Source: Verrucomicrobiota bacterium
Lineage (GTDB): Bacteria; Verrucomicrobiota; Verrucomicrobiia; Opitutales; UBA953
Assembly (NCBI GenBank): GCA_039796215.1
Contig: JBDKKH010000118.1
Span: forward strand, 1 to 31,966
Direction of reading: 5' to 3'
DNA: 31,966 bases
Part shown: positions 1 through 8,855 of the stretch, piece after piece
Position numbering within the stretch: position 1 is the stretch's first letter
Layout of the letters: every line of letters starts with the position of its first letter
Program-made: the position numbers and the translations under genes
The notes under the pieces: generated by a model
The model's input: only the letters and a program-made list of their open reading frames with translations
Told to the model about the DNA's origin: nothing
Database searches by the model: none

Positions 1-24
1 TCCCTCGCTCCCGAGGTACTCTGA
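1..24 (+). CDS. rplN: 50S ribosomal protein L14 (uL14), 3' end only
   Basis: Frame 1 reads SLAPEVL-stop, the conserved uL14 C-terminus, directly upstream of rplX. Confidence 0.9.
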   Translation, partial: SLAPEVL

Positions 25-29
25 ACACC

Positions 30-302
30 ATGTCCAAGACCGACATCAAGAAAGGCGACGAAGTCGTCGTCATCACCGGCGCCGAAAAGGGCAAGCGCGG
101 CAAAGTCGTCAGCTATGACCGTGCCGACGAGCGCGTCACCATCGAGGGCCTGAACCTCGTCAAGCGCCACCTCAAGCGCACCCAGGACGGGCAGGGCGGC
201 ATCACCGAGCGCGAGGCTCCGATCCACCGTTCCAACGTGATGCTCGGCTCCCTCTGGGATGCCCGTCGCGCCAAGAAGCCGGCCAAGGCCGCCAAGAAGT
301 AA
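30..302 (+). CDS. rplX: 50S ribosomal protein L24 (uL24)
   Basis: KOW motif IKKGDEVVVITGAEKGKRGKV, EAPIHRSNVML; spc operon position. Confidence 0.98.
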   Translation: MSKTDIKKGDEVVVITGAEKGKRGKVVSYDRADERVTIEGLNLVKRHLKRTQDGQGGITEREAPIHRSNVMLGSLWDARRAKKPAKAAKK

Positions 303-334
303 TCCGACGAAACCCCCCGAGAATCTACACGCAA

Positions 335-928
335 ATGGCATCCGTCCCATACCTCAAGAAGGTCTACCTCGAGAAGGTCGTCCCCGAACTCATCAAGAGC
401 CGCGGCTATAAGAACGTCCACCAGGTCCCGAACCTGAAGAAGATCGTCCTCAATTCCGCCTTCAAGGCCGAAGCCGACAAGGGCCATATGGCCGAAGTCG
501 TCAAGGACATCACCAAGCTTTCCGGCCAGAAGCCGATCATCACCAAGGCGTCCAAGTCCGTCGCGGCCTTCAAGGTCCGCGAAGGCATGCCGCTGGGTTG
601 CGTGGTCACGCTGCGCGGAGCCCGCATGTGGGAGTTCTACCTCCGCCTCACCGCCGTCGCCCTGCCGATGATCCGCGACTTCCGCGGGACCTCGAACCGC
701 CTCGACGGACGCGGCAACTACTCGCTCGGCATCGCCGACCACACCATCTTCCCGGAAACCCAGGCCGACGGTTCCCAGCGCGCCAACATCGGCATGGACG
801 TCATCATCGTGACTTCCGCCAAGACCGACGACGAAGGCCGTGAACTGCTCCGCCTCCTGGGCATGCCGTTCCGACGCTCCAGCGCCGCCGACGCGGCCGC
901 CGCCACCGCCACCGCCGCCAAGGCCTAA
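335..928 (+). CDS. rplE: 50S ribosomal protein L5 (uL5) with Ala-rich C-terminal tail
   Basis: SGQKPIITKASKSVAAFKVREGMPLG, DFRG, DGRGNYSLG, GMDV, LGMPF motifs. Confidence 0.99.
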   Translation: MASVPYLKKVYLEKVVPELIKSRGYKNVHQVPNLKKIVLNSAFKAEADKGHMAEVVKDITKLSGQKPIITKASKSVAAFKVREGMPLGCVVTLRGARMWEFYLRLTAVALPMIRDFRGTSNRLDGRGNYSLGIADHTIFPETQADGSQRANIGMDVIIVTSAKTDDEGRELLRLLGMPFRRSSAADAAAATATAAKA

Positions 929-946
929 TCCCCAACACTTACCAGC

Positions 947-1252
947 ATGGCCAAGAAGTCCGTCATTCAGCGCGCCCTCAAGCGCGACCGTCTCGTCAAG
1001 AAGCACGCCGCCAAGCGCGCCGAACTCAAAGGCATCCTCGCCGACCCCAAGGTCTCCGAGGAGGCTTTCTACGAAGCGCAGCGCAAGCTCGCCAAGCTGC
1101 CCCGCAGCTCGTCGAAGGTCCGCCAGAAGAACCGCTGTTCCATCTCCGGCCGTCCCCGTGCGTTCATCCGCAAGTTCGGCCTTTCCCGTATCACCTTCCG
1201 CGAGCTCGCGCTCAACGGCCAGATTCCCGGCGTCACCAAGGCCTCCTGGTAA
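947..1252 (+). CDS. rpsN: 30S ribosomal protein S14 (uS14), long Zn-independent type
   Basis: MAKKS...[10 protein letters not shown]...[12 protein letters not shown]...IPGVTKASW; 101 aa with a single Cys. Confidence 0.99.
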   Translation: MAKKSVIQRALKRDRLVKKHAAKRAELKGILADPKVSEEAFYEAQRKLAKLPRSSSKVRQKNRCSISGRPRAFIRKFGLSRITFRELALNGQIPGVTKASW

Positions 1253-1273
1253 TCCAACACGACCCATACCACC

Positions 1274-1672
1274 ATGTCCGCTTCTACTGACACCATCGGG
1301 GATTTCCTCACCAGCATCCGCAACGCCTCGCAGGCGAACAAGGCCGCGATCACCGTCCAGTGGTCCCGCCTCCGCGAAGGCGTGGCCAAGATCCTCGTCG
1401 AGTCCGGCTACGTCGCTTCCGTCCGCAAGGCGGAGCGCGACGGCCTCCCCGTCCTCGAACTCTCCCTCAAGTACGTCGCCGGCGTCCCGGCGATCACCAG
1501 CATCGAGCGCGTCTCGACCCCTGGACGTCGTATCTACGCCGGTTACAGCTCCGTGCCCAAGGTCATCGGCGGCATGGGCGTCTCCATCCTCACCACCTCC
1601 CGCGGCGTCATGACCGATGCCGAAGCCCGTCGCCAGAAAGTCGGCGGCGAGCTTCTCGCCAAGGTCTGGTAA
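1274..1672 (+). CDS. rpsH: 30S ribosomal protein S8 (uS8)
   Basis: DTIGDFLTSIRNA, RVSTPGRRIY, ILTTSRGVMT, VGGELLAKVW. Confidence 0.99.
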   Translation: MSASTDTIGDFLTSIRNASQANKAAITVQWSRLREGVAKILVESGYVASVRKAERDGLPVLELSLKYVAGVPAITSIERVSTPGRRIYAGYSSVPKVIGGMGVSILTTSRGVMTDAEARRQKVGGELLAKVW

Positions 1673-1698
1673 CCCGCCCACCTCCAAAAAACAATTAC

Positions 1699-2235
1699 AT
1701 GAGCCGTATCGGCAAACAGCCCGTCAACATCCCCGACAAGGTGACCGTGTCCGTCAAGGACAACGTCGTCGTCGTCAAGGGCCCCAAGGGCGAACTCTCG
1801 AAACCCTTCCCCAAGGAGATCGGCGTCGTCGCCGACGCCAAGGTCGTCAACGTGAGCGATCTCACGGACAAGAAGAGCGCCGGCGCCCTCCATGGCACCA
1901 TCCGCGCGATCATCCGTAACATGGTCGAAGGCGTGGCCACCGGCTACACCAAGACCCTTCTCATCGAAGGCGTCGGCTTCAAGGCCATCCTCAAGGGCAA
2001 CGTCCTCGACCTCGCCCTCGGTTACTCGCACCCGATCCGCTACACCATCCCCGCCGGCGTCACCGTCGTCGTCACCGATGGCACCAAGCTGGTGATCTCC
2101 GGCGCCGACCGCCACATGGTCGGCCAGGTCGCTTCCACCATCAAGCTCTACAAGCCGGTCGAGCCTTACAAGGGCAAGGGTGTCCGCGTCGAAGGCGAAT
2201 ACGTCCGCCGCAAGGAAGGCAAGAAGACGGCCTAA
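1699..2235 (+). CDS. rplF: 50S ribosomal protein L6 (uL6)
   Basis: MSRIGKQPV start at ATG 1699 (ORF track over-extends to 1360); C-terminal PYKGKGVR...RRKEGK. Confidence 0.98.
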   Translation: MSRIGKQPVNIPDKVTVSVKDNVVVVKGPKGELSKPFPKEIGVVADAKVVNVSDLTDKKSAGALHGTIRAIIRNMVEGVATGYTKTLLIEGVGFKAILKGNVLDLALGYSHPIRYTIPAGVTVVVTDGTKLVISGADRHMVGQVASTIKLYKPVEPYKGKGVRVEGEYVRRKEGKKTA

Positions 2236-2258
2236 TCCGCTCGTACCGAACTCATTCC

Positions 2259-2621
2259 ATGAAACTGCAGAAGAAGAATCTCCTGGCGCAGAAGCGCCGC
2301 TGGCGCATCCGCAAGACGGTGCGCGGCACCGCGGCCCGTCCTCGTCTGGCCCTCAAGCTGACGCACCTGCACCTCTATGCGCAGGCCATCGACGACGACA
2401 AGGGCGTGACCCTCGTCTCCCTCGCCACCACCTCCAAGGACCTCCGTGGCCAGAAACTCCGTTCCAACGTCGCCGGCGCGACCGCTTTCGGCGCTGCTTT
2501 CGGCGCCAAGGCCAAAGCGGCCGGTCTCACCACCGTGGTCTTCGACCGCGCTGGCCGTCGTTACCACGGCACGGTCAAATCCTTCGCCGAAGCCGCCCGC
2601 CAGGCCGGTCTGACCTTCTAA
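2259..2621 (+). CDS. rplR: 50S ribosomal protein L18 (uL18)
   Basis: [39 protein letters not shown]. Confidence 0.98.
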   Translation: MKLQKKNLLAQKRRWRIRKTVRGTAARPRLALKLTHLHLYAQAIDDDKGVTLVSLATTSKDLRGQKLRSNVAGATAFGAAFGAKAKAAGLTTVVFDRAGRRYHGTVKSFAEAARQAGLTF

Positions 2622-2625
2622 TTTC

Positions 2626-3261
2626 ATGAGCGCAGAAAACACCTCCGCCGCGGCTCCCGCCGCCCCCGTCTCCGCTGGTCCTGGCCGTTCCGGCCCGGGC
2701 GGCGATCGTCGTGGTCCTGGTGGTCCTGGCGGCCCCGGCGGCCGTCGCAACGGTCCGGGCGGTCCCGGCCGCGGCCCTCGTCGCGATAATCGCAACGACG
2801 GACCTGCTTCCGAATACAACGACAAGGTCGTCCACATCAACCGCTGCTCGAAGGTCGTCAAAGGCGGCCGTCGCTTCAACTTCGCCGCGCTCGTCGTGGC
2901 GGGCGACGGCAAGGGACGCGTCGGCGTCGGTTACGGCAAGGCCAAGGAAGTTCCCGATGCGATCCGCAAGGGCACCGACCGCGCCCACCGCGCCCTCGTC
3001 CGCGTCAATCTCCGCGGCAACACCATCCCGCACGAAGTCATCGGCCATGCCGACGGCGGCGTCGTGATGCTGCGCCCGGCCGCTCCTGGTACCGGTCTCA
3101 TCGCCGGCGGCGGCGTCCGCGCGGTCCTCGAAGTGGCCGGCTACAAGGACGTCCTTTCCAAGTCCATGGGTTCCAATAACCCGCAGGCGATCGTCAAGGC
3201 CACCCTCGACGGTCTGTCCAAGCTCCGCACCCTCGAACAAATCAAGGCTCTCCGCGCCTAA
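2626..3261 (+). CDS. rpsE: 30S ribosomal protein S5 (uS5) with Gly/Pro/Arg-rich N-terminal extension
   Basis: [43 protein letters not shown]; [12 protein letters not shown]. Confidence 0.99.
   Translation: MSAENTSAAAPAAPVSAGPGRSGPGGDRRGPGGPGGPGGRRNGPGGPGRGPRRDNRNDGPASEYNDKVVHINRCSKVVKGGRRFNFAALVVAGDGKGRVGVGYGKAKEVPDAIRKGTDRAHRALVRVNLRGNTIPHEVIGHADGGVVMLRPAAPGTGLIAGGGVRAVLEVAGYKDVLSKSMGSNNPQAIVKATLDGLSKLRTLEQIKALRA
2680..2778 (+). repeat. Imperfect Gly-Pro-Gly coding repeats inside rpsE (seven GPG units)
   Basis: ggtcct/ggcccg/ggcccc/ggtccg/ggtccc units encode [35 protein letters not shown]. Confidence 0.8.
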
Positions 3262-3276
3262 GCGGAAATCACAGAC

Positions 3277-3741
3277 ATGAAACTCGACTCCCTGCCCAAG
3301 ATCAAGGGCTCCACTCACCGCCATAAGGTCCTCGGCCGCGGCCGCGGCACCGGTCACGGCAAGACTTCCGGTCGTGGTCACAAGGGCATGAAGGCCCGCT
3401 CCGGCGGCGGCCACCGCCCCGGCTTCGAAGGCGGTCAGATGCCTCTCTACCGTCGCCTGCCTCACCGCGGCTTCAAGAACGTCAACCGCGTCGAATACGC
3501 CGTCCTCAACGTCCGCGACTTCCAGGAACTCGAAGGCAAGACCTTCGGCCTCGAGGAACTCAAGGCCGCCGGCGTCCTCCGCTCGGCCGCCCCTCTCCTC
3601 AAGATCCTCGGAACCGGCGAGCTGACTCGCGCCGTCACGGTCAAGGCCCATCGCTTCTCCAAGGAAGCCAAGGCCAAGATCGAGAAGGCCGGCGGCAAGG
3701 CCGTGCTCATCGAGTCTCCGAAGACGACCGCCGCCGAGTGA
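3277..3741 (+). CDS. rplO: 50S ribosomal protein L15 (uL15)
   Basis: GRGRGTGHGKTSGRGHKG, GFEGGQMPLYRRLPHRGF, KILGTGEL, KIEKAGG. Confidence 0.99.
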   Translation: MKLDSLPKIKGSTHRHKVLGRGRGTGHGKTSGRGHKGMKARSGGGHRPGFEGGQMPLYRRLPHRGFKNVNRVEYAVLNVRDFQELEGKTFGLEELKAAGVLRSAAPLLKILGTGELTRAVTVKAHRFSKEAKAKIEKAGGKAVLIESPKTTAAE

Positions 3742-3764
3742 GCCTCGGCTCATCTCCGACCCCG

Positions 3765-5291
3765 ATGTTCGCGGCCTTCGCCAATTGCTGGAGGATCCCT
3801 GAGCTCAGGGCCCGGCTGATCGCCACCATCGCCCTGGTGTTCGTGGCCCGTATCGGGGCGAACATCCCCTTGCCGGGCATCGACCCCAAGGACATCATGG
3901 ATTACTACCATTCGATGGCTGACAAGTCGTCGGGCGGAGTGGTCGCGATGTACAACATGTTCACGGGCGGCGCGCTCCTCAAGGGGGCCGTCTTCTCCTT
4001 GGGCATCATGCCTTACATCAGCGCCTCGATCATCATGCAGCTGATGTCGGCCGTCGTGCCGTCCATCGCCCGTCTCCAGCAGGAAGGGGAGGTCGGCCGT
4101 CAGAAGGTCGCCCAGTATTCCCGTTATCTCACCATCGTCATCGCGATCGTCCAGTCGGCGCTGCTCCTCGGCGCCTTCTGCAATCCGCAGCAGGTCGGCC
4201 AGGCCCTCGGCCTGGGCAACTTCACCGGCACGATCGTCGTCATGCAGAGCAAGACGCTCTTCGTCTGCCTCGGCGTCTGCCTCCTCACCTCGGGTTCCAT
4301 CGTGATGCTCTGGCTCGGCGAGCAGATCACCCAGCGCGGCATCGGCAACGGCACTTCGGTGCTCATCACGGTCGGCATCCTCGCCGACATCCCCGGCGCC
4401 CTCACTTCGTTCGTGGACATGACCTTCGGCGGCAAGATCGGCGCCGCCGCGGCGAACTCCCATGGCTGGGAGAAGGCCGCCGGGATGATCCTGCTCTTCG
4501 TCGCCGTGACGGCGGCCATGGTCGCCATCAACCAGGCGGTCCGCAAGATCCCGATCCAGTACGCGCAGCGCATGGTCGGCCGCAAGATGTACGGCGCTCA
4601 GACCAATTACCTTCCGCTGAAGGTGAACTACGCGGGCGTGATGCCGGTCATCTTCGCCGGAGCCATCATGAGCTTCCCGCCCATGCTGCTCAACCCGCTG
4701 AGCACTTATTTCCCGACACTGGCGTTCCTCAAGGACTGGGCCGACTTCTTCTCGCGCAACAACGCCTTCTACTACGCCGTCTACTCGCTGCTCATCTTCG
4801 GCTTCAGCTACTTCTGGATCTCGATCATGTTCCGGCCGGTGCAGATCGCCGACGACCTCAAGAAGAACAACGGTTATATCCTCGGCGTCCGTCCCGGCGA
4901 GCACACCGCGCAGTTCCTGGATTTCGTCATGACCCGCCTGACGCTCGCGGGCTCGCTCTTCCTGCTCATCATCGCGCTGATGCCCGACCTGTTCATCGTC
5001 CAGCTGAGCTTCCCGATGCGCCTGGCGACGTTCCTCGGCGGCACCGGCGGCCTCATCACCGTCGGCGTCATGCTCGACACCATGCGCCAGATCGAGACCT
5101 ATCTCCTGCAGCGCAACTACGATGGCTTCCTCAAGAAGGGACGCATCGGCGGCATCCCCGTCCCCGCGGCCAGCCTGCGCGCCGATGGCGACGGCTCCGC
5201 CCTCGGTTCGCTCGAGAAGACCTGCCTGTTCCTCTTCGTGCTCGGCCTGGTCGCCTGGGGCCTGAATCACTGGGGCGTGTTCGCGGCTTAA
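3765..5291 (+). CDS. secY: Preprotein translocase subunit SecY with C-terminal extension
   Basis: SLGIMPYISASIIMQL, GEQITQRGIGNGTS, PLKVNYAGVMPVIFA, GGTGGLITVGV. Likely start ATG 3765 (MFAAFANCWRIPELR); alternative GTG 3738. Confidence 0.98.
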   Translation: MFAAFANCWRIPELRARLIATIALVFVARIGANIPLPGIDPKDIMDYYHSMADKSSGGVVAMYNMFTGGALLKGAVFSLGIMPYISASIIMQLMSAVVPSIARLQQEGEVGRQKVAQYSRYLTIVIAIVQSALLLGAFCNPQQVGQALGLGNFTGTIVVMQSKTLFVCLGVCLLTSGSIVMLWLGEQITQRGIGNGTSVLITVGILADIPGALTSFVDMTFGGKIGAAAANSHGWEKAAGMILLFVAVTAAMVAINQAVRKIPIQYAQRMVGRKMYGAQTNYLPLKVNYAGVMPVIFAGAIMSFPPMLLNPLSTYFPTLAFLKDWADFFSRNNAFYYAVYSLLIFGFSYFWISIMFRPVQIADDLKKNNGYILGVRPGEHTAQFLDFVMTRLTLAGSLFLLIIALMPDLFIVQLSFPMRLATFLGGTGGLITVGVMLDTMRQIETYLLQRNYDGFLKKGRIGGIPVPAASLRADGDGSALGSLEKTCLFLFVLGLVAWGLNHWGVFAA

Positions 5292-5303
5292 GCTCGCTTC
5301 GGG

Positions 5304-6065
5304 ATGATCGATCTTAAGTCGGCCGAGGATGTCAGTCGCCTGCGTGCGGCCTCGGCCGCCGCTGCCCGCGTGCTTCATGACCTCGCCGGCTTGGTCGTGC
5401 CGGGCATCTCCACCGCGGGGCTTGATTCCGCCGCCCGCGGCCTCATGGCGCGGCATGGCTGCGAGAGCGCCTGTCATGGTTATGTCGTCGGCCGGCTTAC
5501 CTACCCTGGGCACGTCTGTATTTCGTTGAACGACGAGGTCGTCCACGGCATCGGCGCCCCCGACCGGATCATCCGCGAGGGAGACCTGGTCTCCTTGGAT
5601 GTCGTCGTCCGACGCGACGGCTTTATCGGCGACAATGCCCGTACCGTGATGGTAGGCGCCGTCGATCCTCGTGCCCGTCAACTCTGCCTCGACACCGAGA
5701 AATCTTTGATGGCCGGCATCGCCGCCGCCCAACCGGGCAACCGGGTAGGGGACATCTCCGCCGCTATCCAGCAGGCCCTCGCGACCGGCGGCTACGGCAT
5801 CGTCCGGGATTTCGTCGGACACGGCGTGGGGCGCAAAATGCACGAAGAGCCCCAGATTCCCAACTACGGCAAGGCCGGAACCGGACCTAAGCTTCTGCCC
5901 GGCATGGCTTTAGCCATTGAGCCCATGGTCAATCTCGGCACCCACAAGATCGTCATGGCAGCTGATGGCTGGACCGCCCGGACCGCCGACGGTAAGGTCT
6001 CCGCCCATTTTGAACACACTATCCTGGTGACCGAAAACGGCCCAGAAATCATGACTATTGTTTAA
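5304..6065 (+). CDS. map: Type I methionine aminopeptidase
   Basis: [54 protein letters not shown]. Confidence 0.98.
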   Translation: MIDLKSAEDVSRLRAASAAAARVLHDLAGLVVPGISTAGLDSAARGLMARHGCESACHGYVVGRLTYPGHVCISLNDEVVHGIGAPDRIIREGDLVSLDVVVRRDGFIGDNARTVMVGAVDPRARQLCLDTEKSLMAGIAAAQPGNRVGDISAAIQQALATGGYGIVRDFVGHGVGRKMHEEPQIPNYGKAGTGPKLLPGMALAIEPMVNLGTHKIVMAADGWTARTADGKVSAHFEHTILVTENGPEIMTIV

Positions 6066-6144
6066 ACCGCATTTTTTGCTTTCCAATCCCACCAGAACCA
6101 CCAAGTTCCGACCTCTTTCCCACCTTCCAAACAGCACGGACACC

Positions 6145-6525
6145 ATGCCTCGAATCCTCGGCGTAGACATTCCCAACAACAAGAAAGTAGAGATCTCTCT
6201 CCGCTACATCTATGGCATCGGCCCCTGCCGCGCCACGGAGATCTGCGATGCTCTCGGCTTCGATCCCGCCATGCGCGCTCAGAATCTTTCTGAGGAGCAG
6301 CTGAACAAGATCGTCGAGTACATCGTGCGCATGGGCTACAAGTGCGAGGGCGACCTTCGCCGCGACATCGCGCAGAACCTGAAGCGCCTCCAGGCGATCA
6401 AGTGCTACCGCGGCCTCCGTCACTTCCGCGGCCTCCCGGTCCGTGGTCAGCGTACGCGCACGAACGCCCGTACGCGCAAGGGCAAGCGCAAGACCGTCGG
6501 CGTCGCCGCGGCTCCTTCCAAGTAA
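6145..6525 (+). CDS. rpsM: 30S ribosomal protein S13 (uS13)
   Basis: [13 protein letters not shown] start at ATG 6145 (track extends to 6058); [23 protein letters not shown]. Confidence 0.99.
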   Translation: MPRILGVDIPNNKKVEISLRYIYGIGPCRATEICDALGFDPAMRAQNLSEEQLNKIVEYIVRMGYKCEGDLRRDIAQNLKRLQAIKCYRGLRHFRGLPVRGQRTRTNARTRKGKRKTVGVAAAPSK

Positions 6526-6554
6526 GCCAACCTTTCTCCTAACACTATTTTACG

Positions 6555-7106
6555 ATGAGCGAAGAAGCCCCCAAGACGCCCAAGGCCAAGAAGCCGAAGG
6601 CCACCGTCGCCGCCGAAGGCGCCGCCGCCCCCGAAGTGACCGCCGCGGCGGCCGCTCCGGCCGAAGCCGCTGCTCCCGAACGAAAGGAAATCACCGCCAA
6701 GGAACTCCTCGGCGAAGAACTCGGCGAAGTGAAGGTTCGTCGCGCCAAGGGCTCGAAGAACATCACCACGGGCATCTGCCACATCCTCGCCACCTTCAAC
6801 AACACCAAGGTCACGATCACTGACGCCAACGGCAACGTGATCTCCTGGGGCAGCGCCGGTCGCCACCAGTTCCGCGGTTCGCGCAAGTCCACCGCTTACG
6901 CCGCCCAGGTCGTCTGCTCCGAGGCCGCCAAGCTGGCGATGGCCCACGGTCTCAAGGACGTCTCCGTCCGCGTCAAGGGTCCGGGCATGGGCCGCGACAG
7001 CGCCATCCGCGCCCTTCAGGTGCTCGGCCTGAACGTCACCTCGATCCTCGACACCACCCCGATCCCGCACAACGGCTGCCGCCCGCCCAAGCGCCGCCGC
7101 GTCTGA
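6555..7106 (+). CDS. rpsK: 30S ribosomal protein S11 (uS11) with long N-terminal extension
   Basis: [56 protein letters not shown]. Confidence 0.99.
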   Translation: MSEEAPKTPKAKKPKATVAAEGAAAPEVTAAAAAPAEAAAPERKEITAKELLGEELGEVKVRRAKGSKNITTGICHILATFNNTKVTITDANGNVISWGSAGRHQFRGSRKSTAYAAQVVCSEAAKLAMAHGLKDVSVRVKGPGMGRDSAIRALQVLGLNVTSILDTTPIPHNGCRPPKRRRV

Positions 7107-7192
7107 TCGTCCCTGCTTTCCGCATCACCGTCCGGCCATGGCAAACCGGGCGGGTCCTTCCCTCCGCCGCTTATACCAAACCATAAAACAAC

Positions 7193-7801
7193 ATGTCTCG
7201 TTACACCGGTCCCACCACGAAGCTCAACCGTCGCTTCGGTCAGAACATTTTCCCCACCTCCAAGGGTGAAGAACGCCGTCCGTACCCTCCGGGCATCCAC
7301 GGCAAGACGACCCGCCGCAAGGTCTCCGAATACGGCGTCGGCCTCAATGAGAAGCAGAAGCTCCGCATGATGTACGGCCTCACCGAGAAGCAGTTCCGCC
7401 TCTCCTTCGAGCGTGCTAAGCGCATGGGCGGCGTCGCCGGCGACAACTTCCTCCGCATCCTCGAGACCCGCCTCGACAACGTCGTCTTCCGCCTCGGCTT
7501 CGCGAACTCGCGCGCCGCGGCCCGTCAGCTCGTGGCCCACGGACATATCCGCGTCGACGGCCGCAAGGTCGACGTCGCCAGCTTCGCCACCGCGCCGGGC
7601 CAGAAGATCGAAGTCCGGGACCGCACCTCCTCGAAGCAGCTCGCCACCCGCGCCGTCGAAGAAGGCCAGGGCCGCTCGGCCCCCGCCTGGCTCGTCGTCC
7701 TTCCCGAACAGCTGAACGGTCAGATCGTCCGCGAGCCCGCCAAGGAGGAACTGCCTTCCGACGTCAACGTCCAGATCATCGTCGAATTCTACAGCCGCTG
7801 A
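7193..7801 (+). CDS. rpsD: 30S ribosomal protein S4 (uS4)
   Basis: MSRYTGP, YPPGIHG, SEYG, EKQKLR, LETRLDNVVFRLG, ARQLVAHGHI, IVEFYSR. Confidence 0.99.
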   Translation: MSRYTGPTTKLNRRFGQNIFPTSKGEERRPYPPGIHGKTTRRKVSEYGVGLNEKQKLRMMYGLTEKQFRLSFERAKRMGGVAGDNFLRILETRLDNVVFRLGFANSRAAARQLVAHGHIRVDGRKVDVASFATAPGQKIEVRDRTSSKQLATRAVEEGQGRSAPAWLVVLPEQLNGQIVREPAKEELPSDVNVQIIVEFYSR

Positions 7802-7838
7802 TCGCCGCACCGCAACCCCACCCAACGGAACCACAGAC

Positions 7839-8855
7839 ATGACCAAGCGCCTCGGACAATTCCAACGCCCCAAGACCCTCAAGAAGGAGGAGTCTTCCGC
7901 CACGCCCACCTACGCGAAGTATTTCGCCGAGCCCTTCGAGACCGGCTTCGGTCATACCATCGGGAACTCCCTGCGCCGCATCCTCCTGAGCTCCATCGAA
8001 GGCGCGGCCATCTCCTCGGTGACCATCGAGGGCGTCCAGCACGAGTTCCAGCCGATCGAAGGCGTCGTCGAAGACGTCACCGAGATCGTCCTCAACCTCA
8101 AGAAGGTCCGCATCCGCACCGAAGCCAACAAGCGCGAAGCCTTCAAGGGCACCATCGACGTCAACAAGACCGGCCCCGTGAAGGCCTCGGACATCAAGTT
8201 CGAGACCAAGGGCGCCGCCGTCACCCTCGTCAATCCTGACCAGGTCATCTGCACGCTCGATCGCAAGCGTCGCTTCTACGCCGACCTCGAGGTCACCGTC
8301 GGACGCAGCTGGGCTTCCGCCGAGGAGAACAAGAAGGCCGACCAGGCCATCGGTTCCATCCCGGTCGACTCGCTCTTCTCTCCCGTCACTCTCGTGAAGT
8401 ACTCCGTCGAGTCCACCCGCTCGGGCGACAAGACCGACTACGACAAGCTCGTCCTCGAAGTCTCGACCGACGGACGCATCACTCCCGACGAAGCCCTCAA
8501 GGAGGCCTCCGCCATCCTGCGCCACCACCTGGAAGTCTTTGACACCGTCTCCGCCGACTCCGTCGACTTCGAGACCGGCCACAAGGAGATCAGCGAAGAG
8601 ACCAACCGTCTCCGCAAGCTCCTGAACATGTCGGTCAACGAGATCGAGCTCTCCGTCCGCGCCGCCAACTGCCTCAACAACGCCAACATCAACACCGTCG
8701 GCGAACTGGCGATGAAGACCGAGCAGGAGATGCTCAAGTACCGCAACTTCGGCAAGAAGTCCCTCAACGAGATCAAGGCCAAGCTCGAGCAGCTCGGCCT
8801 CTCCCTCGGCCAGAAGATCAACGAGGGCCTCCTCGACAAGGGCGTCAACGCCTAA
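7839..8855 (+). CDS. rpoA: DNA-directed RNA polymerase subunit alpha
   Basis: EPFETGFGHTIGNSLRRILLSSIEG, GVQHEF, ELSVRAANCL, RNFGKKSLNEIK. Confidence 0.99.
   Translation: MTKRLGQFQRPKTLKKEESSATPTYAKYFAEPFETGFGHTIGNSLRRILLSSIEGAAISSVTIEGVQHEFQPIEGVVEDVTEIVLNLKKVRIRTEANKREAFKGTIDVNKTGPVKASDIKFETKGAAVTLVNPDQVICTLDRKRRFYADLEVTVGRSWASAEENKKADQAIGSIPVDSLFSPVTLVKYSVESTRSGDKTDYDKLVLEVSTDGRITPDEALKEASAILRHHLEVFDTVSADSVDFETGHKEISEETNRLRKLLNMSVNEIELSVRAANCLNNANINTVGELAMKTEQEMLKYRNFGKKSLNEIKAKLEQLGLSLGQKINEGLLDKGVNA

Noticed and set aside
300-400. S8-binding autoregulatory hairpin at the rplX-rplE junction
   Set aside because: I could not identify the characteristic internal-loop helix by eye; unsupported without a covariance search.
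947-1252. Zn-free uS14 as a zinc-starvation paralog
   Set aside because: It sits in the core spc operon and resembles the ordinary long E. coli-type S14; no Zur-like context.
3739-3752. Hairpin TGAGC-CTCG-GCTCA over the rplO stop
   Set aside because: Five-bp stem without a U-tract; expected by chance at this GC content.
6145-6525. Four cysteines in uS13 as a metal site
   Set aside because: They are dispersed with no CxxC pairing, and one lies in the common CYRG motif.
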